A DNA stretch of 64,000 nt from Candidatus Parcubacteria bacterium (GCA_003599635.1 QZIX01000013.1:12679-76678), one strand, 5' to 3'; positions 25,329 to 34,638 are shown, numbered from the stretch's first letter. Program-made: numbers and translations. Notes: a model not told the origin generated them from the sequence alone.

Positions 25329-25670
25329 ATGACCGAAAAACAAGCTTATGAAATTCAAAATACCGTTGCTCAGATGAGAAAGGGTTTTTTGGAATATTGC
25401 ATACTATTGATAATTTCCAGGGAAAAAATCTACAGTTCCGATATTTTAAAGAAACTAAAAGAAGCGGATTTGATAGTTGTTGAAGGTACAATCTATCCTT
25501 TGCTTAGCCGGCTGAAGAATTCAGGACTTTTGCAATATTTTTGGGAAGAATCCAAATCCGGACCCCCCAGGAAATACTACACGCTAACAGCGACAGGGAA
25601 AGACGTTTTGAAAAATCTGAACCAAACCTGGACAAAATTATCCAAATCGGTAAATTCGTTAAAAATATAG
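25329..25670 (+). CDS. PadR family transcriptional regulator
   Basis: GFLEYCILLIIS...IYPLLSRLKNSGLL...RKYYTLTATGK. Confidence 0.85.
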   Translation: MTEKQAYEIQNTVAQMRKGFLEYCILLIISREKIYSSDILKKLKEADLIVVEGTIYPLLSRLKNSGLLQYFWEESKSGPPRKYYTLTATGKDVLKNLNQTWTKLSKSVNSLKI

Positions 25671-25720
25671 ACTGTCGGCCGTCGTCAGTTGACAGTAAAC
25701 GTTAACCATAAGCCAAACCT

Positions 25721-27679
25721 ATGAAAAAAGCATTAAATATCACCCTTGCCGGATTAATTTTTAATATCGAAGAAGACGCCTATACCGAACTTAAAAATTA
25801 TCTTGATTCGGTTAAAAATCATTTTGCGTCTGAAACGGACAAAGAAGAAATCATAAATGATATTGAGTCAAGCATTGCCGAAAAATTTCAGGCCAAAATA
25901 AAGCCGACAAAGCAGGCCGTCACTCTAAATGACGTGCTTGAGCTGATTAAAGTAATGGGAACCGTGGCTGATTTTGAAAATGAAGAACAGAAAAAAGAAG
26001 AAGAAATTTCAAAAACCGGAATCAAAAAAACAAAACGGCTATATCGCGATTGCGACAACGCTATTATCGCCGGCGTCTGTTCCGGATTAGCGGCGTATTT
26101 CGGCGTTGATCCGGTAATTTTTCGTCTGATTTTCGGCCTTTCCGTATTTTTTGGCGGCAGCGGTATTTTGGTTTATCTTATATTATGGGTTGCTATTCCC
26201 TGCGCCAAAACTTCTTCCCAAAAACTTGAAATGCACGGTGATCCGGTTACTTTGTCAAAACTTGAACAAAAGGTTAAAGACAAAATAAACGAGGAAAAAA
26301 TATCCGGTACTTTTACGCGGGTTGCCAGAATACCTTTAAGGGTAGGCGAAGGGCTGATCAAGCTGTTAAAAAATATTCTGCCTGCCTTGGGCATATTATT
26401 CGGCATAGTTTTGACAGTCGCCGCTTTGGCTGCGATTTTGGGTTTTACTTTGGCTTTTGCGGTTTTGTTTTCCCGTTCAGGCCTGAATTTTTACGCTGCC
26501 GAATTTTTGGATATTCTTAGTTTGCCGAATGCAAACCTTTTAATTACTGCAACTTATTTTACGGTTTTAATTCCGGTAATTTTTATTTTGTTGCTTGGCA
26601 TCAGGCTGCTTTCAAAAAGGAAAATATTTACAGCAGGTTTAACTTCTCTTCTTTGTGCAATGTGGTTTATAGCTATAATCGTCAGCGTGGTTTTGGCAAT
26701 TGATTTTGCGCCCAAAGTGGAAAATTATTTAAATAATATCAGCTGGAATGAAGCCAGAACATTTTCCGGGTTAAAAGATTTTTCGAAAATTTCCACGGCT
26801 TACCCTGTAAACATCCAGGTCAGCAAGGGTTCCGATTATACGGTAAATTTTGTAGGCAGCAAAGCCCAGTTAAATAGGATAAAAACGGAAGTAAAGGGCA
26901 AGCGGTTGTCAATTGAAATAAAGTGGCCGAACCTTTGTTTTTTGTGCCAGGTAAAGCCAATTAAGGCGTATATTACTATGCCGCAAATCAACGAACTTTC
27001 GCTTTCCGGATCAAGTAAAGCCGAATTGTCAGAAGGATTTGATGCCGAGGAATTTTTATTGGTGCAGTCAGGCGCTTCGCAAAGCATTATAAAAATAAAT
27101 TCCCCAGTCGTTAAAACGGATTTTTCCGGAGCCTCAAGGGCTACATTATCAGGACAAGGCAAAAGCTTGCTAGCAGAAATTTCAGGCGCTTCCAAAATTT
27201 ATGCTGTTGATTTTCCTGTTGATTCGGCTCTCGTCAAGCTCTCCGGGGCAAGCAGGGCGGAAATTTTTGCCAAAGAAAAAATTACTCTTGAAGCCAGCGG
27301 CGCTTCCCGCCTTAATTACAAAGGAGAGCCGCAGATTTTTCCGCAGCTTTCAGGCGGTAGCCGCGTAGAAAAAATAAGCGAAAAAGACCGGGTTATCTCT
27401 AGCAATGAAGTAATTGAAATGGATTGTTTAAAAAATGATGACTGCCCGCAAGCCTGGGATTATGCCGTGCTTTCCAGCTGCCCCTACCAGTCGGTTTGTT
27501 TGGACAATTCCTGCGCCATTGCCTGCCCGGTAGGCGAATACCGGTCTGATATCAGCCAGAGCGCCGGTAATAAAGCCGGCTGCCAAAATGATACTGACTG
27601 CAACTGCGAAAACCGGGTCAATGAATTTATTTCCTGCAAATGTGTAGACAATTTATGCCTGGCGATTGTGAAAAAATAA
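25721..27679 (+). CDS. PspC domain membrane protein with DUF2807/GIN-like beta-helix region and Cys-rich C-terminus
   Basis: LYRDCDNAIIAGVCSGLAAYFGVDPVIFRLIFGL (PspC). Repeated SGAS..A strands. Terminal Cys-rich module. Confidence 0.8.
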   Translation: MKKALNITLAGLIFNIEEDAYTELKNYLDSVKNHFASETDKEEIINDIESSIAEKFQAKIKPTKQAVTLNDVLELIKVMGTVADFENEEQKKEEEISKTGIKKTKRLYRDCDNAIIAGVCSGLAAYFGVDPVIFRLIFGLSVFFGGSGILVYLILWVAIPCAKTSSQKLEMHGDPVTLSKLEQKVKDKINEEKISGTFTRVARIPLRVGEGLIKLLKNILPALGILFGIVLTVAALAAILGFTLAFAVLFSRSGLNFYAAEFLDILSLPNANLLITATYFTVLIPVIFILLLGIRLLSKRKIFTAGLTSLLCAMWFIAIIVSVVLAIDFAPKVENYLNNISWNEARTFSGLKDFSKISTAYPVNIQVSKGSDYTVNFVGSKAQLNRIKTEVKGKRLSIEIKWPNLCFLCQVKPIKAYITMPQINELSLSGSSKAELSEGFDAEEFLLVQSGASQSIIKINSPVVKTDFSGASRATLSGQGKSLLAEISGASKIYAVDFPVDSALVKLSGASRAEIFAKEKITLEASGASRLNYKGEPQIFPQLSGGSRVEKISEKDRVISSNEVIEMDCLKNDDCPQAWDYAVLSSCPYQSVCLDNSCAIACPVGEYRSDISQSAGNKAGCQNDTDCNCENRVNEFISCKCVDNLCLAIVKK

Positions 27680-27680
27680 A

Positions 27681-27707
27681 AGAGGTATGGCTGTTGGCCG
27701 TACCTCT
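27681..27707. terminator. hairpin terminator between convergent genes
   Basis: 11-bp stem AGAGGTATGGC/GCCGTACCTCT (one G-U pair). Weak T tract. Confidence 0.5.
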
Positions 27708-27721
27708 GTTGCGTATTCCTT

Positions 27722-28081
27722 TCAATTTTTTTGCCCGAATGCTGAGCGCAACCTCAGGGGACCTGGTCCCAAATTGCACTGTTCCAGGGCCATGTTTATG
27801 CCTTTACAAACTATGATTGCTGAAAGGAATTTTTTGGAATCGTCTTTTGAAATCCGACCCATAATAGTTTCGTCGTCAGTTTTACTTGGCGCCGTTATTC
27901 CGTAACGGATTTCAAGGTATTCTCCGTCAAAGAAAAAGACAATTTTTATTTTTTCCTCCTCTATACAAAAAGGAAGATGTCCGGCCAGATCGGCTTGCGT
28001 TGATTCTTCAAGGTTACTTAAATCAGTTATGATTGAAATTGTTATTCCAATCATTTTTTTTATCTGCTCTGAAGCATCCAT
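27722..28081 (-). CDS. hypothetical protein
   Basis: GAGGGA lies 7 nt upstream of ATG 28081. No family recognised. Confidence 0.5.
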   Translation of the reverse strand: MDASEQIKKMIGITISIITDLSNLEESTQADLAGHLPFCIEEEKIKIVFFFDGEYLEIRYGITAPSKTDDETIMGRISKDDSKKFLSAIIVCKGINMALEQCNLGPGPLRLRSAFGQKN

Positions 28082-28238
28082 GATATTGTCCCTCACTTTT
28101 ATTTAGGTTCGTTCCGGGTGCATGGTAACGGCAAGTTACAGTTATTTTGTTCATTTGTCAATGCTTGGATTTTATTTTTTTAAATGTTAATATTTATAAT
28201 GAATATTTTAAAAGTTATCAGGGGATTAAAATTATAAC

Positions 28239-28257
28239 TGTCATCCTAAACTTGTTT
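28239..28257 (+). repeat. solo left half of the TGTCATCCTRAACTTGTTT hairpin repeat
   Basis: TGTCATCCTAAACTTGTTT is identical to the first 19 nt of the copy at 36055-36080. The right arm is degenerate. Confidence 0.5.
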
Positions 28258-28304
28258 ATGGAATTTAAGACCCCCTATGAATTTTGATGGCGAATGTTAT
28301 TTTT

Positions 28305-29345
28305 ATGAAGCATAAAAAATCAATAAATATTTTGGCTATCGAGACCAGTTGCGACGAAACATCAGTCGCCGTTGTTAATGCAATAAACGGCAAGTTTACA
28401 ATTTTATCCAACATAGTTTCTTCGCAGATAAAAATCCACCGTAAATACGGCGGCATCGTGCCGGAAGTGGCGGCAAGAAACCACGCTAAAAACATTATTC
28501 CGGTTTTTGAAAAAGCAATAAAAAAAGCCCAAGCCGGTAAAACTAAAATTGATTATATCGCAGTTGCCAATAAGCCGGGGCTTATTACATCGTTGCTGGT
28601 CGGAGTTGAAACGGCCAAAGCCGTAAGTTACGTCTGGCAAAAACCGCTGCTTGCCGTTGATCATGTCAAAGCGCACCTTTACGCGAACTGGTTTTCATCG
28701 GCAGCCGATTATCAAATGTCAGTTGTCAGATTTCCATCCTTAGGACTGATAGTTTCCGGGGGCCATACGCAGCTTATATATATGAAAGATGCCTTTTCTT
28801 TTAAAATTGTGGGCGAAACTTTGGATGACGCGGCCGGTGAAGCGTTTGACAAGGTGGCAAAAATTTTGGGTCTGGGCTACCCTGGCGGTCCCGTGATTTC
28901 ACGAATGGCGGATTTTGGCGATGAAAACAAATTCCAGTTTCCCCTTGGGCTTTTGCATTCCGGAGATTTCAATTTTTCTTTTTCCGGCATTAAAACTTCT
29001 GTTTTATACCTGACAAAGCGGCTTGATAAACGGATAATAGAAAGGCAGCGGGCGGACATCTGCGCCGGATTTCAAAAGGCCGTGGTTGATGTTTTGGTAA
29101 AAAAAACTTATGCCGCCTCAAAAAAATTTAAAACCGAAACCATATTACTCGGCGGGGGTGTAACAGCGAACAGAAAATTAAGGGAAGAGATGCAAAAAAA
29201 GTCATTGGCGGAAAATATTAAAGTTTTAATTCCGCCGGTTGGTTTGTGCACGGATAACGCCGCCATTATTGCCGCTGCCGCTTATTTTAAGGTAAGAAAA
29301 AAACAGTTCAGTCACTGGAGCAAAATTAAGGTTGAATCGAATTAA
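28305..29345 (+). CDS. tsaD: tRNA N6-adenosine threonylcarbamoyltransferase
   Basis: ILAIETSCDETSVAVV, GGHT, and AGEAFDKVAKILGLGYPGGP. Start could also be 28287. Confidence 0.9.
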   Translation: MKHKKSINILAIETSCDETSVAVVNAINGKFTILSNIVSSQIKIHRKYGGIVPEVAARNHAKNIIPVFEKAIKKAQAGKTKIDYIAVANKPGLITSLLVGVETAKAVSYVWQKPLLAVDHVKAHLYANWFSSAADYQMSVVRFPSLGLIVSGGHTQLIYMKDAFSFKIVGETLDDAAGEAFDKVAKILGLGYPGGPVISRMADFGDENKFQFPLGLLHSGDFNFSFSGIKTSVLYLTKRLDKRIIERQRADICAGFQKAVVDVLVKKTYAASKKFKTETILLGGGVTANRKLREEMQKKSLAENIKVLIPPVGLCTDNAAIIAAAAYFKVRKKQFSHWSKIKVESN

Positions 29346-29403
29346 TGAAGCTGATAGCAACTAAACGACTATCAGCAGTAGTCGTTTAAAACATTTTAAA
29401 TCT

Positions 29404-29838
29404 ATGATATACAAAACAACTTCAGCCAGACAAACCCTGGCTTTGGGCAAAAAATTCGCCAAAAAATTAAGGGGAGGAAAAGTTGTCGCTTTTTACGGCG
29501 ACCTGGGAGCCGGTAAAACCACGTTTATAAAGGGCATTGCCGCCGGGTTTGGCATTAAAAAAAATATAACCAGTCCGACATTTGTTCTAATGAAAGTATA
29601 TTCGGTCCGCAGCCGGCAATTGGCAGTCGACAGATTGGTTCATATTGATTGTTACCGGATCAACAGGGCATCGGAAATTATGGCTGTCGGGGCCGATGAA
29701 TATTTTAATGACGAAAAAGCGGTTGTGCTGATTGAATGGGCGGAAAAAATAAAAAAAATCCTGCCGAAAAAAACAATTAAAATAAATTTTTTTTTCGGTG
29801 AGGATATAAACCACAGAAAAATTGAAATAAAAAAATAA
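29404..29838 (+). CDS. tsaE: tRNA t6A biosynthesis ATPase TsaE
   Basis: GDLGAGKTTFIKG, SPTF.L and H.D.YR motifs. Confidence 0.85.
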   Translation: MIYKTTSARQTLALGKKFAKKLRGGKVVAFYGDLGAGKTTFIKGIAAGFGIKKNITSPTFVLMKVYSVRSRQLAVDRLVHIDCYRINRASEIMAVGADEYFNDEKAVVLIEWAEKIKKILPKKTIKINFFFGEDINHRKIEIKK

Positions 29839-29863
29839 GGCTTGATAGTAAGCCTTATTTTTT
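29835..29863. terminator. bidirectional rho-independent terminator
   Basis: Stem ATAAGGCTT/AAGCCTTAT flanked by an A run and T6. Confidence 0.8.
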
Positions 29864-30162
29864 ACACAACTATTTTTGTTCTCTCCAGGCATCGTCTTGG
29901 TTTCTTTTTCTTATGTCGTCAACTTCTGATTGGGTTAAAACGACGCCTTCGTTTTCGCCAACCTCTTCTTGTGGTGGAAAATTTTTTTCTTGTTCTGGCA
30001 TAAATTTAACCGTTTATTTATAATTTATTTGATTTTAACATTAAATATATTTAAAAGCAAATAATATTTTTTTAGGGCTACAATAACTTTTCTTATTTAC
30101 TAATATGGACAAAAAATGATATTGCTGTTAAATTGATTCTGAATTACTAATTTATTTTATAT

Positions 30163-31230
30163 ATGTCCGAAAGAAGAGTAGATTATAACTCTGCAGTCAG
30201 TAACATGTCAAGTCATGAGCAAGGCAAACAGATGAATTTTGCTGAATTAAACTGTTTTGATTATTTTAAAACACATCCTGAACTTCAACATTTGCCGGCT
30301 ATAGAATTTAATGATGCCCTATATCTTAAGCCCAGTGAGGCGCGTAATGATGAAATTCTGGCGAGAAGAAAGGAAAATATGGTTGATTGCTCAGAGGAGC
30401 CGAAAAGAAGTGAACTTTTGGAAATGATGTATGTAGTATTGGCTGATAAGGCCAAATGGTTTGGCGAAGATGTTTCTGCCAGAAGGACAAGCTGGTATGA
30501 TGATTATATTAACGGTGCAGATCTGTATTTTGAATGTGGTGGTCATATATTGGCAGTTGATGTGATAGTCGATGCCGATGCCGAGGCAACGAGAGAAAAA
30601 ACCAGAAGGATAAAAGCGGAAATTAATTCCGGAGAATTTTCAGAATTAAAATATGTAATTTTTCAGGATGGTACAAAACATTGCGTAAAAAATGTACCAA
30701 GAATAATAATCAGAAAAAAGAGGGAGTGGGTTAAAGAAAAAGCGGAAATAATGGGCAGAAATCTGATGATGATTCCGGGCAGTAATGAGGAATTAGTTAC
30801 GGATCCTGATAGGAAAGCAGACAGGGAAAATGCCCAAAATCAACTGGCATCACAGGCAATCAAAGCGTTATCAATATTTTTTGAAACAAATTTGAATTCA
30901 GAAAATACAAAATCTGAAATCCAGCGAAATTTAAAAAGCAATCTTGGAGCTAAATTGAACGGTTTTTTCAAAGACAAAGGAGAATCTTCGGTTTATAAGA
31001 TTTGTGAAAGTTTTCTCCGTAATCCCAAAATGGTAAATCTTAAAAAATATAGTGAAACAAAAAATATTATAGAAGCACTTTTGTTTTGGCTCAAAAAATA
31101 TGAAATAACGTTTGAAAAAGAAAGCTCTCCCGGAAATAACAGGAGAGCCAGCAGAAAGAGTATATTTTCTGATCCGTCTACGGTAAGCCTTTTGGCGGAT
31201 GCCGCGAATCAGATGGGTTTCCACTTTTAG
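30163..31230 (+). CDS. hypothetical protein (355 aa, no recognisable domain)
   Basis: Long ORF with coding-like composition, preceded by a 160-nt AT-rich spacer. No motif recognised. Confidence 0.6.
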   Translation: MSERRVDYNSAVSNMSSHEQGKQMNFAELNCFDYFKTHPELQHLPAIEFNDALYLKPSEARNDEILARRKENMVDCSEEPKRSELLEMMYVVLADKAKWFGEDVSARRTSWYDDYINGADLYFECGGHILAVDVIVDADAEATREKTRRIKAEINSGEFSELKYVIFQDGTKHCVKNVPRIIIRKKREWVKEKAEIMGRNLMMIPGSNEELVTDPDRKADRENAQNQLASQAIKALSIFFETNLNSENTKSEIQRNLKSNLGAKLNGFFKDKGESSVYKICESFLRNPKMVNLKKYSETKNIIEALLFWLKKYEITFEKESSPGNNRRASRKSIFSDPSTVSLLADAANQMGFHF

Positions 31231-31348
31231 GCGAAGGAACTACATCTTCCTTCATTTTTTCTTCAACCATTTTTTCGACGCCTTCTAGCAGCAGATCTGA
31301 TACCGGATCTTTCTCTTCCTTTTTTTCTTTCTTATCTTTGTCAGACAT
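31178..31348 (-). CDS. small highly charged protein (56 aa)
   Basis: Own promoter (minus strand TTGACA 31409-31404, 17 nt, TATCGT) and a GAGGAGG RBS. Overlaps the 3' end of the convergent 355-aa gene by 53 nt. Confidence 0.4.
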   Translation of the reverse strand: MSDKDKKEKKEEKDPVSDLLLEGVEKMVEEKMKEDVVPSPKSGNPSDSRHPPKGLP

Positions 31349-31415
31349 ATATCCTCCTCTCCGACCACAACCGCTAAAGAACGATAGCATAAAATAATCA
31401 CATTGTCAACCATAA

Positions 31416-31446
31416 AATCCAGCCTTTAGGCTGGATTAAATTTTTT
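31416..31446. terminator. bidirectional terminator downstream of pilB
   Basis: 9-bp stem AATCCAGCC/GGCTGGATT with T runs on both strands. Confidence 0.7.
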
Positions 31447-31523
31447 GCATAATAAGTCTACTATTAGTGTTAAGATATTATAACCATAACCTGCTTATAA
31501 AAATTGTTATTGTCAGTCAGCTG

Positions 31524-33254
31524 TTACAACAACCCGGAAATATCTTTTGCCACCCTGAAAACTTCTTCAACCGAAGTTATGCCGTCTATCGCTTTAAGCA
31601 ACCCGTCCTGAACCATTGTAACCATTCCGTTTTTCAGGGCGATTCTTTTTAAATCGTATTCGGAAACCTGGCCCGACAGAATCAGCGGTTCATATTCCGG
31701 CACCATCGACATAACTTCAAAAATTCCTATGCGTCCTTTGTAACCGATACCCTGGCAGGCGGTGCAGCCCCTGCCTTTGTAAAATTTAATTTTGTGCAAT
31801 TCCTTCGGTTTACTGCCGGAATTGTCGGGAATTTTAGACAGAATACTTAACGCTTCTGACAATATTTTATTGTCGAGCTCGGTTTCAACTTTGCATTTGG
31901 CGCAGATGCGACGCACCAGCCGCTGCCCGATGATGGCGTTTAAAGCCGGCGGCAGAAGGAAATTCTTTACTCCCATGGCAATCAGCCGCGGTATGGCGCC
32001 CGAAGAGTCATTGGTATGCAGGGTAGTGGCGACAAGGTGTCCGGTCAGCGCGGCATTAATTGAAATATCGGCGGTTTCCAGATCCCTGACTTCACCGACC
32101 ATAATAATGTCCGGATCCTGCCGCAGCAGCGACCTTAGTCCGGAGGCAAAAGTATAATTTTTTGCCGGATCGACCTGGCTTTGGGAAATTCCCGGGATGC
32201 GGTATTCGACCGGATCTTCCAGGGTAAGTATTTTATTTCCCGGGGTGCTGAGTTTTAGCAAAATGGCGTAAAGCATGGTGGTTTTGCCGGAACCTGTGGG
32301 GCCGGTGGCGATTATCATGCCGTTGGGTTTTTTAATTTCTTCTTCCAGGTCCACAAAGGCCTTGCCACGGAGGCCCAAATCTTCAAAAGCCATGCCCTGC
32401 TTGGATGACATTAAAATTCTCATTACCACGCTTTCGCCGTAAGCCGTGGGCACAGTCGAAACGCGGACATCAATCTGTTCATCGGTCATAAATATGGTAA
32501 AGCGCCCGTCTTGCGGCCGGTCAGTGACGTTGATTTTCAGCCGTGATGTCAGTTTTATTCTGGCGATTATTTTTGTCCAGACGCTTTTTTCTATAGTGGC
32601 GGCGTTATGAAGGAAGCCGTCAATTCGATACCTGACTTTGATTTCCCTTGATTCCGCTTCAATATGGATGTCAGAGGCTTTGACTTTAAGTCCGCCCGCG
32701 ATAATTAACGACAGCATATCCGTCAGGTTGGCCGAGCTTAAGGCGCGGCTTAAATCCTTGAAAGTTTTCAGTTCTTTTTCAAATCTTTCGATTTCTTCTT
32801 TTTTTATTTCCACTCCGGTTATGACTTCTTTATATTTGGGCAGGACCGAATACAACCGGAAAGCCGTGTTGAAACTGTGCTCTGAAATTTTAAAAACCGT
32901 AACCGGTTTGGAGGTTTTTTTAAAAATTTCATTTTTAAGATTTTCCACCGATTCATCGGCAGGGTTTACCGAGCCGAGTTTGATGCCGTTGTCGTCGCGG
33001 AAAAAACAGACGGTTTTCAGTCTGGCCGCTGTTGGTTCCGCAATGGTTATTAAAGTTTCCGGACTGATGGGAAAAGCGTAAAGACTGATATACGGCGTGC
33101 CGAGCAAAGCGGCTTCGTTTCTGGCTTCCTGTTCTTTATCTTTAATCATTATGTCGGAAATCTTCTTTCTGAATTTTTCCTGCACTTCCCGGGTAGCAAG
33201 TTTAGGCAGCCGGGAGCGGTTAATTTTTTGTTTATCTGCTTTCATAATGTTCAC
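31524..33254 (-). CDS. pilB: type IV pilus / type II secretion ATPase (PilB/GspE family)
   Basis: Walker A GPTGSGKTT, Asp box, Walker B DPDIIMVGE, tetracysteine CAKC...CTAC, N-terminal T2SSE_N-like domain. GTG 33254 or ATG 33245 as start. Confidence 0.9.
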   Translation of the reverse strand: MNIMKADKQKINRSRLPKLATREVQEKFRKKISDIMIKDKEQEARNEAALLGTPYISLYAFPISPETLITIAEPTAARLKTVCFFRDDNGIKLGSVNPADESVENLKNEIFKKTSKPVTVFKISEHSFNTAFRLYSVLPKYKEVITGVEIKKEEIERFEKELKTFKDLSRALSSANLTDMLSLIIAGGLKVKASDIHIEAESREIKVRYRIDGFLHNAATIEKSVWTKIIARIKLTSRLKINVTDRPQDGRFTIFMTDEQIDVRVSTVPTAYGESVVMRILMSSKQGMAFEDLGLRGKAFVDLEEEIKKPNGMIIATGPTGSGKTTMLYAILLKLSTPGNKILTLEDPVEYRIPGISQSQVDPAKNYTFASGLRSLLRQDPDIIMVGEVRDLETADISINAALTGHLVATTLHTNDSSGAIPRLIAMGVKNFLLPPALNAIIGQRLVRRICAKCKVETELDNKILSEALSILSKIPDNSGSKPKELHKIKFYKGRGCTACQGIGYKGRIGIFEVMSMVPEYEPLILSGQVSEYDLKRIALKNGMVTMVQDGLLKAIDGITSVEEVFRVAKDISGLL

Positions 33255-33362
33255 TATATATTATAAGATTAAAATGTTTTTTAAACAAGCCGGATTTTTT
33301 GTGTTTGCAGTTCAAACTCATATTTCAAAAGGGAGTTTTCAGGGCGGTAATATGTTTTTTGG

Positions 33363-33403
33363 AATAAAAAAATGGCAGCGAACTTATGTAAACGCTCGCT
33401 GCC
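33363..33403 (-). terminator. terminator-like hairpin A upstream of pilB
   Basis: Stem GGCAGCGA/TCGCTGCC (33374-33403), followed on the minus strand by A-T7-A. Confidence 0.6.
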
Positions 33404-33487
33404 TTTCCACAGGAGGAGGCGGCCCGACGTAGTCCGGTGAAAGAACTATGATAACCGGATTTTATCATGTACTAAAAAAATGTAAAG

Positions 33488-33537
33488 TGGATAAAAAAAT
33501 GGCAGCTGGAGCATAGGCGTTAATTGCTGCTTATCCA
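33488..33537 (-). terminator. terminator-like hairpin B, sequence-related to A
   Basis: Outer stem TGGATAA/TTATCCA and inner stem GCAGC/GCTGC, followed on the minus strand by A-T7-A. Shares ATAAAAAAATGGCAGC with hairpin A. Confidence 0.4.
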
Positions 33538-33585
33538 TAATTAGTACAAGGAGGTATAAACTATAGTAAATATCAATTACTTAAA

Positions 33586-33622
33586 TAAGGCCATGGAATT
33601 ATTTCTATGGCCTTATTTTTTT
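33586..33622. terminator. hairpin terminator overlapping the amidohydrolase stop codon
   Basis: Stem TAAGGCCAT/ATGGCCTTA plus T7 on the plus strand. Confidence 0.65.
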
Positions 33623-34323
33623 AACTTAAAAACCCTTATGGCGTTTCTGAAATAAATGTCATCCTTTAGACTGTCAGCAACCGGCAGTGTTTTAATTAAA
33701 TTTATATGCGCGGCCATATCTGTCATTGGCCAGTCGCTGCCAAAAATAAGGCTGTGCCTATCCCTGGAAATAGTTTTTATCAGTATCTTTTTAATTTTTC
33801 TCAAACCTTTACTCATTTTTAAAACTTCTTCATCCGCTAAACAGGAAGTATCAAAAAAAATGTTCTTGTATCCCTTTGTTATCTTAAAACAATAATCAAG
33901 TTTCGGCCAAAAATAATGCGCGATTATAATTTTTAAATTTTTAAAACTATTAGCTACATTTACTATATGTGCAGGATCATTATACTTTGCGCATTTTTTA
34001 TCCCCTGTATTTATCCCAGTATGGATAATTAAAGGCAGGTTGAATTCTTGGCATAAAGAAAAGATCGGTTGCCATCTTTTATCGGTGGGGTAAATCGGGT
34101 CGTGGCCAGGAAAAATTTTAAAACCATGAGCTTTCTTACTTGCGAATAATTTTCTTATCACCCCTAAGTTATTAGTATTTACTTGTTCCGCCCTTAAAGT
34201 GGCTATGGCTAAAAGTTTTGGCTCTTTTTTAGTCAGTTCAAGTATTGTATCTAATCCTGCACATTGAGGATTTGGTACATTGTCAGGGATGGCAATTGCT
34301 TTGGTGACTTTGTTTTTTTTCAT
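33613..34323 (-). CDS. amidohydrolase-2 (TIM-barrel metal-dependent hydrolase) family protein
   Basis: LPLIIHTG, IIIAHYFWP and LIFGSDWPM are typical of the family. Confidence 0.7.
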   Translation of the reverse strand: MKKNKVTKAIAIPDNVPNPQCAGLDTILELTKKEPKLLAIATLRAEQVNTNNLGVIRKLFASKKAHGFKIFPGHDPIYPTDKRWQPIFSLCQEFNLPLIIHTGINTGDKKCAKYNDPAHIVNVANSFKNLKIIIAHYFWPKLDYCFKITKGYKNIFFDTSCLADEEVLKMSKGLRKIKKILIKTISRDRHSLIFGSDWPMTDMAAHINLIKTLPVADSLKDDIYFRNAIRVFKLKK

Positions 34324-34486
34324 TTCCGAAAGCAGTTGGTTGTGTAATCAGCCTAAAATTTGCCTCCCTTTTTTCCATAGTGGAAATATGTAAATGGCTA
34401 TCTATAATCATTTTTTATAATTTATGCTATAATTTTAGCATTATAATAATAAACAGTCATCCTTTTTTATCCAGAACCATTTCCAA

Positions 34487-34588
34487 GTCATCTTGACCGA
34501 CCGAAAGGAGTGGAAAGATCTGACTTATTGCAACGGTATGAGATTTTTCGGCTACCATAGAAATACTAAACGTTTCGCTCGAAATGAC
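34487..34588. repeat. MITE-like element of a second subfamily (GTCATyTyGA termini)
   Basis: GTCATCTTGACCGACCGAAAGGAGTGGAAAGATCTGAC ... GAGATTTTTCGGCTACC...CGCTCGAAATGAC. The termini are inverted. Confidence 0.5.
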
Positions 34589-34638
34589 AAACTTTTAGAA
34601 TTTAAAATTTGTTTAGTATTTAGTATTTTTTTAAATTT

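Noticed and set aside
29870-30001. 43-aa acidic minus-strand ORF (MPEQEKNFPPQEEVGENEG...)
   Set aside because: It ends next to the bidirectional terminator, which is suggestive. However, it has no RBS and no recognisable promoter, and it is too short to judge without comparative data.
33097-33432. 111-aa plus-strand ORF overlapping the pilB start and the upstream spacer
   Set aside because: It is antisense to the pilB 5' end, has no RBS, and runs through hairpin and terminator sequence. It is a typical shadow ORF.
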